From contig CAVYQE010000011.1 in the NCBI GenBank assembly GCA_963770565.1, positions 928,001 through 992,000 of the forward strand: 64,000 bases of DNA, in the 5' to 3' direction. Position numbers and translations under genes: made by a program. The notes beneath the pieces are model-generated. The model was not told the DNA's origin. It did no database searches and was given only the letters and a program-made list of their open reading frames with translations. The stretch's first letter is position 1. Each line of letters opens with the position of its first letter. This stretch comes from an uncultured Actinomycetota bacterium (lineage in GTDB: Bacteria; Actinomycetota; Actinomycetes; JAFAQI01). Of the stretch, positions 39,037 to 50,299 are shown one piece after another.

Positions 39037-40836
39037 GTGGTGACCCGCACGGCGCCGCCTCCTCCGCGCAGCGCGGGGCACCGGCCCACCCGCAGCCCCG
39101 CTCGGAGGCGGCCGGTCCGGCGCCGCCCGAGTGCCCGGCATCGGCTCGAGGTCGTGCTGTTCGTCGCGTTGATCGTGCTTTCACTGATCGGAGGTCGGCT
39201 GCTGCAGCTGCAAGGGCTTGATCGTTCGGCGTACGCCGCATCGGCTCAGGACCAACAGCTCCAGACCATCACGCTCGCCGCCAGCCGCGGGGCGATCACC
39301 GACCGCGACGGCAACCCGATCGCGACGAGTGTCGATGCGCGCGACGTGGTCGCCGATCCCGAAGAGATCACGGATCCGCTCGCGATCGTCGACCGGCTGG
39401 CCCCGTTGCTCGACCTCGATGCGGTCACGCTGTTGCGCCAGCTCAGCGCGCACACCCAGTACGCGCTGCTGACTCCTACCCCGATCTCTCCGTCGGCCGC
39501 CGACTCGATCCTCGCGCTGAAGCTGCCGGGCATCACAACGCCGGACACCACTCGGCGGATCTATCCGGACGGCACGCTCGCCGCCAACGTGATCGGCTTC
39601 GTCAACGCCGGCGGACAAGGCGCCGGCGGCCTCGAGTACAGCTATCAGCGCACGCTTGCGGGACACAGTGGGACCGAGCGCTATCAAGTCGGCGCGAACG
39701 GCGAAGCGATCCCGGACGGCCGGACCGAGACCACTCCCGCCGTACCCGGCTCCGGGCTTCGACTGACCCTGCAGCGCGACATTCAGTTCGAGGCGCAGCG
39801 CCAGATCACCCGCCAAGTGAAGGCCACCAAGTCGCTGTCCGGCACGGTGATCGTGATGAACCCGAAGAACGGCCAGATCCTCGCCCTGGCGTCGGCACCG
39901 ACCTTCAACCCGAACAACCTGGCCAAGGCGAACAGCAAGGATCTCGGCGATCCTGCGGTCAGCGTGCCGTTCGAGCCGGGCAGTGTGAACAAGGTCATCA
40001 CGATGTCGGCCGCGCTCGAGGACGGGCTGGTTACGCCCGACTCGCACTTCGTGATCCCGGACTCCTACCGGGTGGCCGGCACGCCGTTCCACGACGCGGA
40101 GAGTCACGGCACCGAGCACCTGACCCTCACCGGCATCCTCGCCGAGTCCAGCAACATCGGTGCGATCAAGGTGGCGCAGCAGCTCGGCCCGCAGCGGTTC
40201 GACTACTACCTGCATGCGTATGGCTTCGGCAAGCCGACCGGCGTCGGGCTGCCGGCCGAGAGCGGCGGATTGCTGCCGCCGCGGTCGCAGTGGTCGGGCA
40301 CCACCCTCGCGACCCTGTCGTTCGGCCAGGGGATCGACGTCACCGCGATGCAGGTCGCCAGCGTCTACTCGACCATCGCCGACAACGGCATCCGGGTGAA
40401 CCCGAACATCGTCGAGGGCACGGTCGACCCCGACCATCAGTTCGCGCCGGCCCCGGCCCCGAGCCGACACCGGGTGATCAGCGTGCAGGTGGCCACCGAG
40501 CTGCGGAACATGCTCGAAGCGGTGACCTCCAACGAGGGCACCGCGCCGGCGGCTCGGATCGCGGGATACCGGGTGGCGGGCAAGACCGGTACGGCGAACC
40601 GTTACAACGGGCACGGCGGCTACTCGGGCGCCGGCTACACCGCGACCTTCGTCGGCATGGTTCCGGCCGACAACCCGCAGCTGGTCTGCGAGGTCGTCCT
40701 CGACCGGCCGCTGCACAACCACTACGGCGGCGCGGTCGCGGCCCCGATCTTCCACGACGTGATGAGCTTCGCGCTGCGAACCCTGAAGATCCCGCCGACG
40801 TTCACGAAGCCCCCCAAGGCTCAGCTCAAGTGGTGA
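39037..40836 (+). CDS. ftsI: Class B penicillin-binding protein FtsI (start uncertain)
   Basis: RGAITDRDG, EPGSVNK, SSN and KTGT motifs. Confidence 0.93.
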   Translation: MVTRTAPPPPRSAGHRPTRSPARRRPVRRRPSARHRLEVVLFVALIVLSLIGGRLLQLQGLDRSAYAASAQDQQLQTITLAASRGAITDRDGNPIATSVDARDVVADPEEITDPLAIVDRLAPLLDLDAVTLLRQLSAHTQYALLTPTPISPSAADSILALKLPGITTPDTTRRIYPDGTLAANVIGFVNAGGQGAGGLEYSYQRTLAGHSGTERYQVGANGEAIPDGRTETTPAVPGSGLRLTLQRDIQFEAQRQITRQVKATKSLSGTVIVMNPKNGQILALASAPTFNPNNLAKANSKDLGDPAVSVPFEPGSVNKVITMSAALEDGLVTPDSHFVIPDSYRVAGTPFHDAESHGTEHLTLTGILAESSNIGAIKVAQQLGPQRFDYYLHAYGFGKPTGVGLPAESGGLLPPRSQWSGTTLATLSFGQGIDVTAMQVASVYSTIADNGIRVNPNIVEGTVDPDHQFAPAPAPSRHRVISVQVATELRNMLEAVTSNEGTAPAARIAGYRVAGKTGTANRYNGHGGYSGAGYTATFVGMVPADNPQLVCEVVLDRPLHNHYGGAVAAPIFHDVMSFALRTLKIPPTFTKPPKAQLKW

Positions 40837-40858
40837 GGCTTGGGTAGCGTGCCTCGCG

Positions 40859-42385
40859 ATGCCTGACCTGTCGCCACGACCGCGCGAGGTGCTGCCCCAG
40901 CGCCTCGCCGGGCTGCTGGATCGGTTGCCCGGAGCACGGCTCGACGGTGATCCCGACACCCTGGTCACCGGGATCAGCCACGACTCCAGAGCGATCCGTC
41001 CGGGAGACCTGTACGTCGCCAGAGCGGGGGCGAACACCCACGGAATCGCTCATGTCGACGCGGCGCGGGCGGCCGGTGCGGTCGCGGTGCTCACCGACGC
41101 CGGGTCTGCGGCTGCCGCCCGCACGGCCGGGGTCGAGGCGGTCGTGGTGGTGGCCGACGTACCTGCAGTCATGGGTGCTGCGGCGGCGTGGGCCTACTCC
41201 GACCCGTCCGCCTCGATGCTGCTGCTGGGCGTCACCGGCACGAACGGCAAGACGACGACGGCCTACCTGATCGAGTCGGGCCTGCGTGCCGCCGGCCGCA
41301 CGACCGGCCTGATCGGAACCATCGAGACCCGGGTGGCCGGCGAGGCGATCCCGAGCATCCGGACCACTCCGGAGGCGACCGACCTGCATGCCTTGTTCGC
41401 CGTGATGCGCGAACGCGGCGTGGACTCCGTCGCGATGGAGGTGTCCAGCCACGCGCTGGCGCTCGGCCGGGTCGACGGCATCGACTTCGACGTCGCCACC
41501 TTCACCAATCTTTCGCAGGACCACCTGGACTTCCACCGCGACATGGCGGACTACTTCGCCGCGAAGGCGGAGCTGTTCACTCCCGAGCGCTCACGGCGCG
41601 CGGTCGTCTGCGTCGACGACTCGTGGGGCGAGCAGCTCGCTGCTCAGGTCACGATCCCGGCGGTCACCGTTGGCCACTCGGAGCTCGCTGACTGGCGTGA
41701 GATCGACGACGAGGACGCAGGCGCTCAGGGGGGCCGAACGACCGTGGTCGATCCCGACGGGGCTCGGCACGAGGTGGGGTGCCGCCTCATCGGCGCCGTC
41801 AACCTGACCAACGCAGCCCTCGCTTACGTCACCCTGACGGCGGCCGGCATCGATCCGAATCTGGCCGGCGCCGGGATCGCGGCGCTGCCCGCGGTACCCG
41901 GCCGGATGGAGTCGATCGAGGCCGGGCAGCCTTTCTTGGCCCTCGTCGACTACGCCCACACGTCGGAGGCGGTCAACACATTGCTCGCAGCCGCGCGGGC
42001 GCTCACGAGCGGGAGCGGACGGGTCATCGTCGTACTCGGCTGTGGCGGTGACCGCGATCGCGCCAAGCGGCCACTGATGGGTGCTGCAGCGGCGAGTGGC
42101 GCCGATCTGGCCATCTTTACCGACGACAATCCGCGCTCCGAGGACCCGCAGGCGATCCTTGCCGCGATGATCAATGGTGTGAACGACGGAGCGGACGTGG
42201 TGGTCGAACCCGACCGGCGGGCCGCGATCACGCTCGCGATCAGCAAGGCCGGGCCCGGCGACGTCGTGGTGGTGGCCGGCAAAGGCCATGAAACCGGCCA
42301 GGAGATCGGCGGCCAGGTGTTCCCGTTCGACGACCGGGTGGTCGTGCGCGACGCCCTGCTCGCGTACGGTGCGGCGACCACATGA
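40859..42385 (+). CDS. murE: UDP-MurNAc-dipeptide:DAP ligase
   Basis: GTNGKTT, MEVSSH, DYAH and DNPR (diaminopimelate-type) motifs. Confidence 0.96.
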   Translation: MPDLSPRPREVLPQRLAGLLDRLPGARLDGDPDTLVTGISHDSRAIRPGDLYVARAGANTHGIAHVDAARAAGAVAVLTDAGSAAAARTAGVEAVVVVADVPAVMGAAAAWAYSDPSASMLLLGVTGTNGKTTTAYLIESGLRAAGRTTGLIGTIETRVAGEAIPSIRTTPEATDLHALFAVMRERGVDSVAMEVSSHALALGRVDGIDFDVATFTNLSQDHLDFHRDMADYFAAKAELFTPERSRRAVVCVDDSWGEQLAAQVTIPAVTVGHSELADWREIDDEDAGAQGGRTTVVDPDGARHEVGCRLIGAVNLTNAALAYVTLTAAGIDPNLAGAGIAALPAVPGRMESIEAGQPFLALVDYAHTSEAVNTLLAAARALTSGSGRVIVVLGCGGDRDRAKRPLMGAAAASGADLAIFTDDNPRSEDPQAILAAMINGVNDGADVVVEPDRRAAITLAISKAGPGDVVVVAGKGHETGQEIGGQVFPFDDRVVVRDALLAYGAATT

Positions 42386-43800
42386 TCACGATGAGTGCCG
42401 GTGATGTTGCGGCCCTGACCGGCGGCCGGCTCGAAGCGATCGCGTCGCGGGCCGTCATCGACGGACCGGTTGTCGTCGACTCGAGGTCGTGTACTGCCGG
42501 GTCGTTGTTCGCCTGCGTGCCGGGCGAGCACACCGACGGCCATTTGTACGTCGGCGACGCGTTTCGACGTGGTGCCGTCGTGGCGTTGACGAACCGTCCG
42601 GTCGACGGACCGTGCATCGTTGTCGACGACACCGTGCGCGCGTTGGGTTTCCTGGCCGGCGGAGTGTTGCGGCGTACGACCGGTTGCCGTGTGATCGGCG
42701 TGACCGGTTCGTCCGGGAAGACCTCGACCAAGGACCTGATCGCGGCGTTGGTCGCGCGCGCCGGGAGCACCGTCGCGGCGAAGGCGTCGATGAACAACGA
42801 GATCGGCCTTCCGCTGACCGTGCTTCAGGTCGAGGAGTCGACCCGGCACCTTGTGCTCGAATACAGCGCGCGCGGTATCGGCCACATCGAGTACCTGTGC
42901 CGGATCGCCCGTCCGGCGATCGCGGTCGTGCTCAATGTCGGCACCGCGCATCTCGGCGAGTTCGGTTCGCGCGAGGTGGTCGCCGCGGCGAAGGGTGAGC
43001 TGGTCGAGGCACTGCCGGCGGACGGGCTGGCGGTGCTCTGCGTCGACGACCCACTGGTGGCCGCGATGCGCTCCCGGACGATTGCGCCGGTCGTCGGGTT
43101 CGGGCGCTCATCGGACGCCGACGTGCGGGTGGCGGATCTGACTCTGGACGACAACGCGCGGCCGCGGTTTCGCCTGGTCACGCCCGAGGGCTCCACTCCG
43201 GTCGCGATGCAGCTGACCGGCGCGCATCAGGCGCTCAACGCCGCCGCCGCCGCCGCGGTCGGTCTTGAAGTCGGCATGACTCTCGACGAAATCGGCGAGG
43301 TGCTCTCCGAGGTGAGTTCCTTGAGCCCGCACCGGATGCAGGTCACCACGCGCGCCGACGGATTGATCGTGCTCGACGACTCCTACAACGCCAACCCGGA
43401 GTCGGTCCGGGTCGCGCTGGACGCGCTGGCCACGGTGTCCACCGGCCGGGGCGGCTCGAGCTGGGCGGTGCTCGGGGAGATGCGGGAGCTCGGTGCCGAC
43501 GGCGCGGACCTGCACGCGGAGGTCGGCCGACATGCCGCCGGGCTCGGCATCGATCACCTGGTCGTCGTCGGCGATGATGCGCAGGCAATCGCGGTCGGAG
43601 CCCGCGCGGTGAGCGAGTGGGACGGCGACGTCGAGATCGTGTCGAGTGCCGAGGACGCCGCGGCGCTGCTCGATGAGTCGGCCACCAGCTCGGACGTAGT
43701 GCTGGTGAAAGCCTCGAATGCGCTGTCACTATGGCGGATCGCCGAGGCGTTGCTCCGCCACGATCGTCACGTCGCCGCGGTCGATGAGGCCGGCCGATGA
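42382..43800 (+). CDS. murF: UDP-MurNAc-tripeptide:D-Ala-D-Ala ligase
   Basis: [23 protein letters not shown] and LGEMRELG motifs. Confidence 0.96.
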   Translation: MITMSAGDVAALTGGRLEAIASRAVIDGPVVVDSRSCTAGSLFACVPGEHTDGHLYVGDAFRRGAVVALTNRPVDGPCIVVDDTVRALGFLAGGVLRRTTGCRVIGVTGSSGKTSTKDLIAALVARAGSTVAAKASMNNEIGLPLTVLQVEESTRHLVLEYSARGIGHIEYLCRIARPAIAVVLNVGTAHLGEFGSREVVAAAKGELVEALPADGLAVLCVDDPLVAAMRSRTIAPVVGFGRSSDADVRVADLTLDDNARPRFRLVTPEGSTPVAMQLTGAHQALNAAAAAAVGLEVGMTLDEIGEVLSEVSSLSPHRMQVTTRADGLIVLDDSYNANPESVRVALDALATVSTGRGGSSWAVLGEMRELGADGADLHAEVGRHAAGLGIDHLVVVGDDAQAIAVGARAVSEWDGDVEIVSSAEDAAALLDESATSSDVVLVKASNALSLWRIAEALLRHDRHVAAVDEAGR

Positions 43801-44855
43801 GAAACGTTCTCGTTGCCGCCCTAGTGGCGTTGATCGTGTCGATGTTTGCGACCCCGATCGCGATCAGGGCGCTGAGTAGTCGTGGTTACGGTCAGCTGAT
43901 CCGCGACGACGGTCCGACCAGCCACCACACCAAGCGGGGTACGCCGACGATGGGTGGCGGAATCATCATCATCGCCATCCTGGTCGGCTACTTTGCCGCG
44001 CATCTGGTGTTCCTGCGCGGTGTCACAGCGTCGGGTCTGCTCATCTTGTTCCTGATGACCGGGCTGGGTCTGGTCGGCTTCATCGACGACTTCACCAAGA
44101 TCCGCAAGCAACGCAGCCTGGGACTGACGAAGACCGCGAAGTTTGCCGGCCAAGCCGTTGTGGCGGTCATTTTCGGCGTACTGGCGACGCACTTCACCAA
44201 CTCGCACGGACTCGCGCCCGCATCCACCCACCTGTCGTTCACCCGCGACTACGCACTGGACTTCACCGCGGTCGGATTCGTGGTCTGGGCCTACGTGATG
44301 GTGACCGCGACGTCGAACGGCGTGAACCTCACCGACGGGCTCGACGGCTTGCTATCCGGCACCTGCTGCATGGTGTTCGGTGCGTACGTGATCATCGCGT
44401 ACTGGCAGTTCCGCAACAACTGCGTGAGCAACCCGATCCACAACTGCTACGCGGTCCGCGACCCGCTCGACATCACGATCATCGCGGCCGCCGCAATGGG
44501 CGCCTGCTTCGGGTTCTTGTGGTGGCAGGCGCCGCCGGCCGGAATCTTCATGGGCGACACCGGATCGCTCGCCCTCGGCGGCTTGTTCGCCGGCATCGCC
44601 ATTACTACGCGCACCGAGTTGCTGCTGATCGTGCTCGGCGGCCTGTTCGTTCTCGAGACATTGTCGGTGATCATCCAGGTGGCGGCGTTCCGCGGGTTCG
44701 GCCGGCGGGTGTTCAACATGGCGCCGTTCCATCATCATTTCGAACTCGCCGGGTGGAACGAAAACACTGTCATTGTTCGGTTCTGGATCATTGCCGGGCT
44801 GTCGGTCGCGTTCGGTCTCGGCGTGTTCTACGCCGCGTTCCTCTCCCAGTCGTGA
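43797..44855 (+). CDS. mraY: Phospho-MurNAc-pentapeptide transferase
   Basis: [25 protein letters not shown] and PFHHHFE motifs. Confidence 0.97.
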   Translation: MRNVLVAALVALIVSMFATPIAIRALSSRGYGQLIRDDGPTSHHTKRGTPTMGGGIIIIAILVGYFAAHLVFLRGVTASGLLILFLMTGLGLVGFIDDFTKIRKQRSLGLTKTAKFAGQAVVAVIFGVLATHFTNSHGLAPASTHLSFTRDYALDFTAVGFVVWAYVMVTATSNGVNLTDGLDGLLSGTCCMVFGAYVIIAYWQFRNNCVSNPIHNCYAVRDPLDITIIAAAAMGACFGFLWWQAPPAGIFMGDTGSLALGGLFAGIAITTRTELLLIVLGGLFVLETLSVIIQVAAFRGFGRRVFNMAPFHHHFELAGWNENTVIVRFWIIAGLSVAFGLGVFYAAFLSQS

Positions 44856-46219
44856 CGACCGACTACGCCGGCGCCCGGGTGCTGGTTGCGGGCCTCGGAA
44901 TCTCGGGGTCGGCCGTGGCTCGGGCATTGCTCGATCGCGGCGCGGAGGTCGTCGCGGTCGATGCCGGTGCAGGTGACCGGCTCGACCAGGTCGCGGACGA
45001 GCTGCGGGCCGCCGGCGCCGAGGTCCGCCTCGGCGACGCCACGACTGCGGTCGACTGCGATCTGGTCGTCACCTCGCCGGGGTGGCGACCGGACCAGCCG
45101 CTGCTGGCCGACGCGGCCCGGCGTGGCATCGAGGTGATCGGCGAACCGGAGCTGGCCTGGCGGCTCCGCCCGCCAGGCGCCGCCGACTGGCTGGGCGTGA
45201 CCGGGACCAACGGCAAGACCACGACGGTCGGCATGCTGGCGTCGATCCTGTCCGCGGCCGGTTTGCACACGGTGGCGGCCGGCAACGTGGGGCTGCCGCT
45301 GATCGACGCGGTCCTCGCCACCCCGGCGTACGACGTTCTCGCCGTCGAGCTGTCGAGCTTCCAGCTGCACTGGTCGTCGTCGCTGCAGTGCTCGGCTGCC
45401 AGTGTTCTCAACGTCGCGGACGATCACAGCGACTGGCACGGCTCGGCGGCGGCCTACGCGGAGGACAAGGCCCGGATCCTGCGCGGCGATGTCCTGGCGG
45501 TGGTGAACCTCGACGACGTCGGCTCGATCCGGGCCAGCGCCTGGTCGAGCCGCCGGGTCGGGTTCACGCTCGGCGAACCCGCGGCGGGGGAGTACGGCCT
45601 GCGCGGCGAGGAGCTGATCGACGCGGACGGCTCGGCGCTCGCGACGGTCGGCGATCTGCAGGTGCCGGGACCGCACAACGTTGCCAATGCGCTGGCCGCG
45701 GCCGCCCTGGCCCGGACCCGGTCGGTTCCGCCGGGCGCGGTTCGATCCGGGTTGCAGGCATACGCACCGGGGCCGCACCGCAACGAGGTCGTTGCCGTGG
45801 GCGGCGGGGTCCGGTGGGTGGACGACTCCAAGGCGACGAATCCGCATGCGGCGGCGGCCAGCCTGTCGGCGTACGACCACGTGGTGTGGATCGCCGGCGG
45901 GTTGCTCAAGGGCGCCAGCGTGGATGACCTGGTCGCCGGTCAGGCGCACCGGATGCGGGCCGTGGTTCTGATCGGACAGGACCGCGCGGCGATCGCGGCC
46001 GCGCTGGCGCGACACGCGCCGGATGTGCCGGTTGTGACGATCGATACAGATGACACTGAAGGGATGAATGAGGCAGTGCGCGCCGCGGCCGCCCTGGCGG
46101 CGCCGGGCGACACCGTCCTGTTGGCGCCGGCAGCGGCAAGCATGGACATGTTCCACGACTACGCCGAGCGCGGTGAGCGGTTCGCGACAGCGGCCCGCGA
46201 CGCGGCCGGGGCGCGATGA
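44852..46219 (+). CDS. murD: UDP-MurNAc-L-Ala:D-Glu ligase
   Basis: GLGISG, GTNGKTT, ELSSFQL and DDSKATN motifs. Confidence 0.96.
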   Translation: MTTDYAGARVLVAGLGISGSAVARALLDRGAEVVAVDAGAGDRLDQVADELRAAGAEVRLGDATTAVDCDLVVTSPGWRPDQPLLADAARRGIEVIGEPELAWRLRPPGAADWLGVTGTNGKTTTVGMLASILSAAGLHTVAAGNVGLPLIDAVLATPAYDVLAVELSSFQLHWSSSLQCSAASVLNVADDHSDWHGSAAAYAEDKARILRGDVLAVVNLDDVGSIRASAWSSRRVGFTLGEPAAGEYGLRGEELIDADGSALATVGDLQVPGPHNVANALAAAALARTRSVPPGAVRSGLQAYAPGPHRNEVVAVGGGVRWVDDSKATNPHAAAASLSAYDHVVWIAGGLLKGASVDDLVAGQAHRMRAVVLIGQDRAAIAAALARHAPDVPVVTIDTDDTEGMNEAVRAAAALAAPGDTVLLAPAAASMDMFHDYAERGERFATAARDAAGAR

Positions 46220-47475
46220 GCTCAACGACAGCCGGACCGGCTCGACGGGTGAGTGCCGGCCGGACCGCCCGTCGCCCGCGTCCGGCGTTGCTCGCGCTGC
46301 TCGACCGGCCGCTCGCGTCGTACTACCTGGTGATCGGGTCGTCGGTCCTGCTGCTCGCCCTCGGCCTGATCATGGTGCTCTCGGCCTCGAGCGTTACGTC
46401 GTTCACGTCGTCGGGGTCGTCGTTCACGATCGCCGAGCGACAGGGCATCTGGATGGCGATCGGCCTGCCGGCGCTGTGGCTCGGTTCTCGGCTTCCGGTC
46501 CGGTTCTACCGGCTGCTCGGATACCCGCTGTTGCTGGTCTCGTTCGCGTTGCTGGTGCTCGTGCTAGCGCCGGGCGTCGGTGTGAACGTCGCGGGTGCGA
46601 CTCGATGGATCGACCTGCCCGGGGGCCTGCAGATCCAGCCGTCGGAGCCGGCCAAGCTCGCCCTGGTCCTGTGGGGTGCGGACCTGTTGGCACGCAAGGA
46701 AAAACGGCTCGACGAGACAAAGCATCTGCTGATCCCGCTCGTGCCGATTGCGTTGGCGATGTGCGTGCTGGTGATGGTGCAGCCGGACATGGGGACCACG
46801 ATCGTGCTGCTGCTGGTCATGCTCGCGCTGCTGTTCACGGCCGGTGCGCCGTGGGGGGTGTTCGCGCGGATCGGCGGCCTGCTCGGTGTCGGTCTCGGTG
46901 TGCTCGCGGTCGCCGAGCCGTATCGCCTGCAGCGGCTGACCGGTTTCCGCAACCCGTGTGCCGCGCCGATCGCGCAGAGCATCGGCTATCAGGCCTGCCA
47001 GGGTCTCTACGCGCTGTCCTCCGGCGGCTGGTTCGGTCTCGGGCTCGGCGCGAGCCGGGAGAAGTTCGGCTACCTGCCCAACCAGTACACCGACTACATT
47101 TTCGCGATCATCGGTGAAGAGCTCGGACTCCTCGGAACGTTGCTGGTGCTCGGATTGTTCGCCCTGCTCGGCTTCGCCGGGATCCGGATCGCGCAACGCT
47201 GCTCCGACCACTTCAGCCAGCTGGCCGCCGCCGGCGTGACCGCCTGGCTGCTGGGCCAGGCGCTGGTCAACATGGGTGCGGTCGTCGGGTTGCTGCCGAT
47301 CACCGGCATTCCGTTGCCGTTGGTGTCTTTCGGCGGTTCGGCACTGGTACCGACGATGTTCGGGATCGGCATGTTGATCTCGTTCGCGCGCCGCGAGCCC
47401 GCGACGGCAAGGGCGCTGGCGTTGCGGAAGGCGTCCCGCGGTTCCTGGTTGCCCAAGGTCGCCTGGAGTCGCTGA
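46216..47475 (+). CDS. ftsW: Peptidoglycan glycosyltransferase FtsW
   Basis: GATRWI, QPSEPAK, TDYIFAIIGEELG and PITGIPLPLVSFGGS motifs. Confidence 0.96.
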   Translation: MSSTTAGPARRVSAGRTARRPRPALLALLDRPLASYYLVIGSSVLLLALGLIMVLSASSVTSFTSSGSSFTIAERQGIWMAIGLPALWLGSRLPVRFYRLLGYPLLLVSFALLVLVLAPGVGVNVAGATRWIDLPGGLQIQPSEPAKLALVLWGADLLARKEKRLDETKHLLIPLVPIALAMCVLVMVQPDMGTTIVLLLVMLALLFTAGAPWGVFARIGGLLGVGLGVLAVAEPYRLQRLTGFRNPCAAPIAQSIGYQACQGLYALSSGGWFGLGLGASREKFGYLPNQYTDYIFAIIGEELGLLGTLLVLGLFALLGFAGIRIAQRCSDHFSQLAAAGVTAWLLGQALVNMGAVVGLLPITGIPLPLVSFGGSALVPTMFGIGMLISFARREPATARALALRKASRGSWLPKVAWSR

Positions 47476-47506
47476 TGTTCGCCGACGTCGCGGCGTGCGT
47501 GCGGCG

Positions 47507-48583
47507 ATGAACGTCCTGCTCGCCGGTGGTGGCACCGCGGGACACGTTTCGCCCTTGCTGGCGTTGGCCGATCGGCTGGTCGCCGATGACCCCGACACCG
47601 GCGTGCTGGTGCTCGGTACCGCAACCGGGATCGAGGCCCGGCTCGTGCCCGCGCGTGGCTATGAGCTGTACGAAATCCCGCGCGTTCCGCTGCCCCGCCG
47701 GCCATCGCTGCGGGCGTTGCGGCTTCCGGTCGACTTGACCGGGGCGATTCGCGCGGCGCGCCGCGGTGTCGAGGCGATCCGGGCCGACGTCGTCGTCGGC
47801 TTCGGCGGCTATGTGGCAGCTCCGGCGTACCTCGCAGCCCGCCGGGCCGGTGTTCCCATCGTCGTGCACGAGCAGAACAGCCGTCCGGGCCTGGCGAACC
47901 GACTGGGCGCTCGGCTGACCCGATCGGTCGCCGTGACGTTCCCCGGTACCCCGCTGCCGCACGCCGTCCGCACCGGACTGCCGCTGCGCGCGGAGATCAG
48001 CGGGCTGGACCGGGACGCGATGCGGGCCACCGCGCGCGCGTCGTTCGGGCTCGAGCCGGACCGGACCACCTTGCTCGTGTTCGGCGGGTCCCTCGGCGCG
48101 CAACGACTCAACCAGGTTGTGCCGGAAGTGGCAGCCGAGCTGGTCGACCGCGGTGTGCAGGTCCTTCATATCTGTGGCGAGGGAAAGGCGGTCGATCTCG
48201 CACCCGGCCAGTCGTCGTACGTTGTTCGGGAGTATGTCGATCGCATGGAGCTCGCCTACGCCGCCGCCGACCTCGTCGTCGGCCGGGCCGGGGCCAACAC
48301 GGTGAGTGAGATCACCGCACTCGGCCTGCCCGCGGTGTTCGTGCCGCTGCCGATCGGCAATGGTGAGCAGCGGCTCAATGCCGGCCCGGTGGTCCAAGCC
48401 GGCGGCGCACTGCTGGTGGTGGATGCGGAGCTCGACGCGACCTGGTTGCGGCGACACCTGTTGCCGTTGGTTGATGATCCGGAGCGCCTGGTGGAGATGG
48501 GACGGGCATCGGCCGGCTTCGGTCGGCTCGACGCAGATCGCGAGCTCGCCTCGATGGTGCGATCGGCGGCCGGGCGGCCATGA
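47507..48583 (+). CDS. murG: Undecaprenyl-PP-MurNAc-pentapeptide GlcNAc transferase
   Basis: GGGTAGH, HEQN, GGSLGA and RAGANT motifs. Confidence 0.97.
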   Translation: MNVLLAGGGTAGHVSPLLALADRLVADDPDTGVLVLGTATGIEARLVPARGYELYEIPRVPLPRRPSLRALRLPVDLTGAIRAARRGVEAIRADVVVGFGGYVAAPAYLAARRAGVPIVVHEQNSRPGLANRLGARLTRSVAVTFPGTPLPHAVRTGLPLRAEISGLDRDAMRATARASFGLEPDRTTLLVFGGSLGAQRLNQVVPEVAAELVDRGVQVLHICGEGKAVDLAPGQSSYVVREYVDRMELAYAAADLVVGRAGANTVSEITALGLPAVFVPLPIGNGEQRLNAGPVVQAGGALLVVDAELDATWLRRHLLPLVDDPERLVEMGRASAGFGRLDADRELASMVRSAAGRP

Positions 48584-50004
48584 CGGTCGTGGACAGCACC
48601 GCCGAGATCCCGGCCGCCGATCAGCTCGGCCGGGTGCACCTCATGGGGGTCGGCGGGGCCGGGATGAGTGGAATCGCTCGCATCCTGTTGGCCCGCGGCT
48701 TGACCGTCAGTGGGTGTGACGCCAAAGAATCAACCGTGCTCGCGCCGTTGCGGGCGCTCGGTGCGACCGTCGACATCGGTCACGATCCGGCCCACCTGGA
48801 AGCAATCGACACCCTGATCGTGTCGAGTGCGATTCGCGCAACGAACCCAGAGCTCGTTGCAGCGCAGGCAAGTGGCCGCCGGGTGCTGCCGCGGGCGGCG
48901 GCGCTTGCGTCGGTCATGGCCGGGCGGATCGGGCTGGCAGTTGCCGGCACCCATGGCAAGACCACGACGACATCGATGCTCACGGTGGCGATGCATGCCT
49001 GCGGCCGTGACCCGAGCTATGCGATCGGCGGTGACCTGAACGAGCCCGGCTCCAATGCACACCACGGCACCGGCGAGTTCTTCGTCGCCGAGGCCGACGA
49101 GAGTGACCGGTCATTCCTGTTGCTCTCACCGCATGGTGCAGTGGTCACCAACGTGGAGCCGGACCACCTCGACAACTACGGGAACGCCGCGGCCGTCGAC
49201 GAAGCGTTCGAGGCGTTCGTCGGCCGGGTCGACCCGGCCGGCGTCGTCCTGCTCGGTGCCGACGACCCGGGGTCCAGCCGGCTGGTGCCGCTGGCCCGCC
49301 ACCGGGGCCTGCGGGTGCGGACCTTCGGCTGCGCCGACGAGGCCGACGTGCGGGTCGAGTCGCTCGAGCTGGCCGGGAGTGGTTCCTCGTTCGACCTGAT
49401 AGCGGAGGGCCGTCGGCTGGGACGGGTGCAGCTCGCCGTACCGGGCGCCTACAACGCGGTCAACGCCGCCGGTGCGATCGGGCTCGGGTTGGCCGTCGAC
49501 CTCCCGTTCGGCGAGATGGCGAGGGGCCTGGCCGGCTTTGCCGGGGTGCGCCGCCGGTTCGAGTTCAAGGGCGTCGCCGGCGGAGTCCGGGTGTACGACG
49601 ACTACGCCCACCACCCGACCGAGGTCGGATCAGCCGCGTTGGCGGCCGCCCGCGGGGTGGCCGGTGCCGGCCGGGTCATCGCGGTCTTCCAGCCGCATCT
49701 CTACAGCCGCACCCAGAACTTCGCCGAGCAGTTCGGTGCGGCGCTCGGGGGAGCGGATGTCGCGGTCGTGATGGACGTCTACGCGGCCCGCGAGGACCCG
49801 ATCCCCGGAGTCACCGGCGCGTTGATCGCACGGGCGGTGCCGCTGCCGGCCGACCGGGTGCTGTTCGAGCCGTCCTGGTCGGCGGTGCCGGCGCTGGTGG
49901 CCAGCCTGGCAGGCTCGGGCGACGTGGTGATCACAATCGGCGCAGGGGACGTCACGATGATCGGCCCGGCAGTGCTGGACATCCTCTCGAGCCGGGCCCG
50001 CTGA
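48580..50004 (+). CDS. murC: UDP-MurNAc:L-Ala ligase
   Basis: GVGGAGMS, GTHGKTTT, EADESD and DDYAHHPTE motifs. Confidence 0.97.
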   Translation: MTVVDSTAEIPAADQLGRVHLMGVGGAGMSGIARILLARGLTVSGCDAKESTVLAPLRALGATVDIGHDPAHLEAIDTLIVSSAIRATNPELVAAQASGRRVLPRAAALASVMAGRIGLAVAGTHGKTTTTSMLTVAMHACGRDPSYAIGGDLNEPGSNAHHGTGEFFVAEADESDRSFLLLSPHGAVVTNVEPDHLDNYGNAAAVDEAFEAFVGRVDPAGVVLLGADDPGSSRLVPLARHRGLRVRTFGCADEADVRVESLELAGSGSSFDLIAEGRRLGRVQLAVPGAYNAVNAAGAIGLGLAVDLPFGEMARGLAGFAGVRRRFEFKGVAGGVRVYDDYAHHPTEVGSAALAAARGVAGAGRVIAVFQPHLYSRTQNFAEQFGAALGGADVAVVMDVYAAREDPIPGVTGALIARAVPLPADRVLFEPSWSAVPALVASLAGSGDVVITIGAGDVTMIGPAVLDILSSRAR

Positions 50005-50092
50005 GCTACCAAGACCTACTGCTCGTCCTGACGTCGAGACTTCCCCAAGAGTGATCTTCTGTACTGCTACACGGGGATGAGGCTGTCCGGCC

Positions 50093-50122
50093 TTGACCGT
50101 GGGAAGCGACTCGGCTTAGTGT
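50093..50122 (+). promoter_or_regulatory. Candidate ftsZ promoter
   Basis: TTGACC-18nt-TAGTGT upstream of ftsZ. Confidence 0.5.
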
Positions 50123-50299
50123 CCCCGCACGTCAAGGCGACATAACGTCAACTGTCTACTTGAGGATGAGGGTTGGTCGTGAGGCAAGCACGCGGGCCTC
50201 AGGTCATTCCACCCGCACCCGTCGATGACACCTTCCCCGGGTCGTCGGCAGTGCGGTCAAGTCGGCAGCACAGGCTCGCTACCTAGGAAGGCAACGCTC

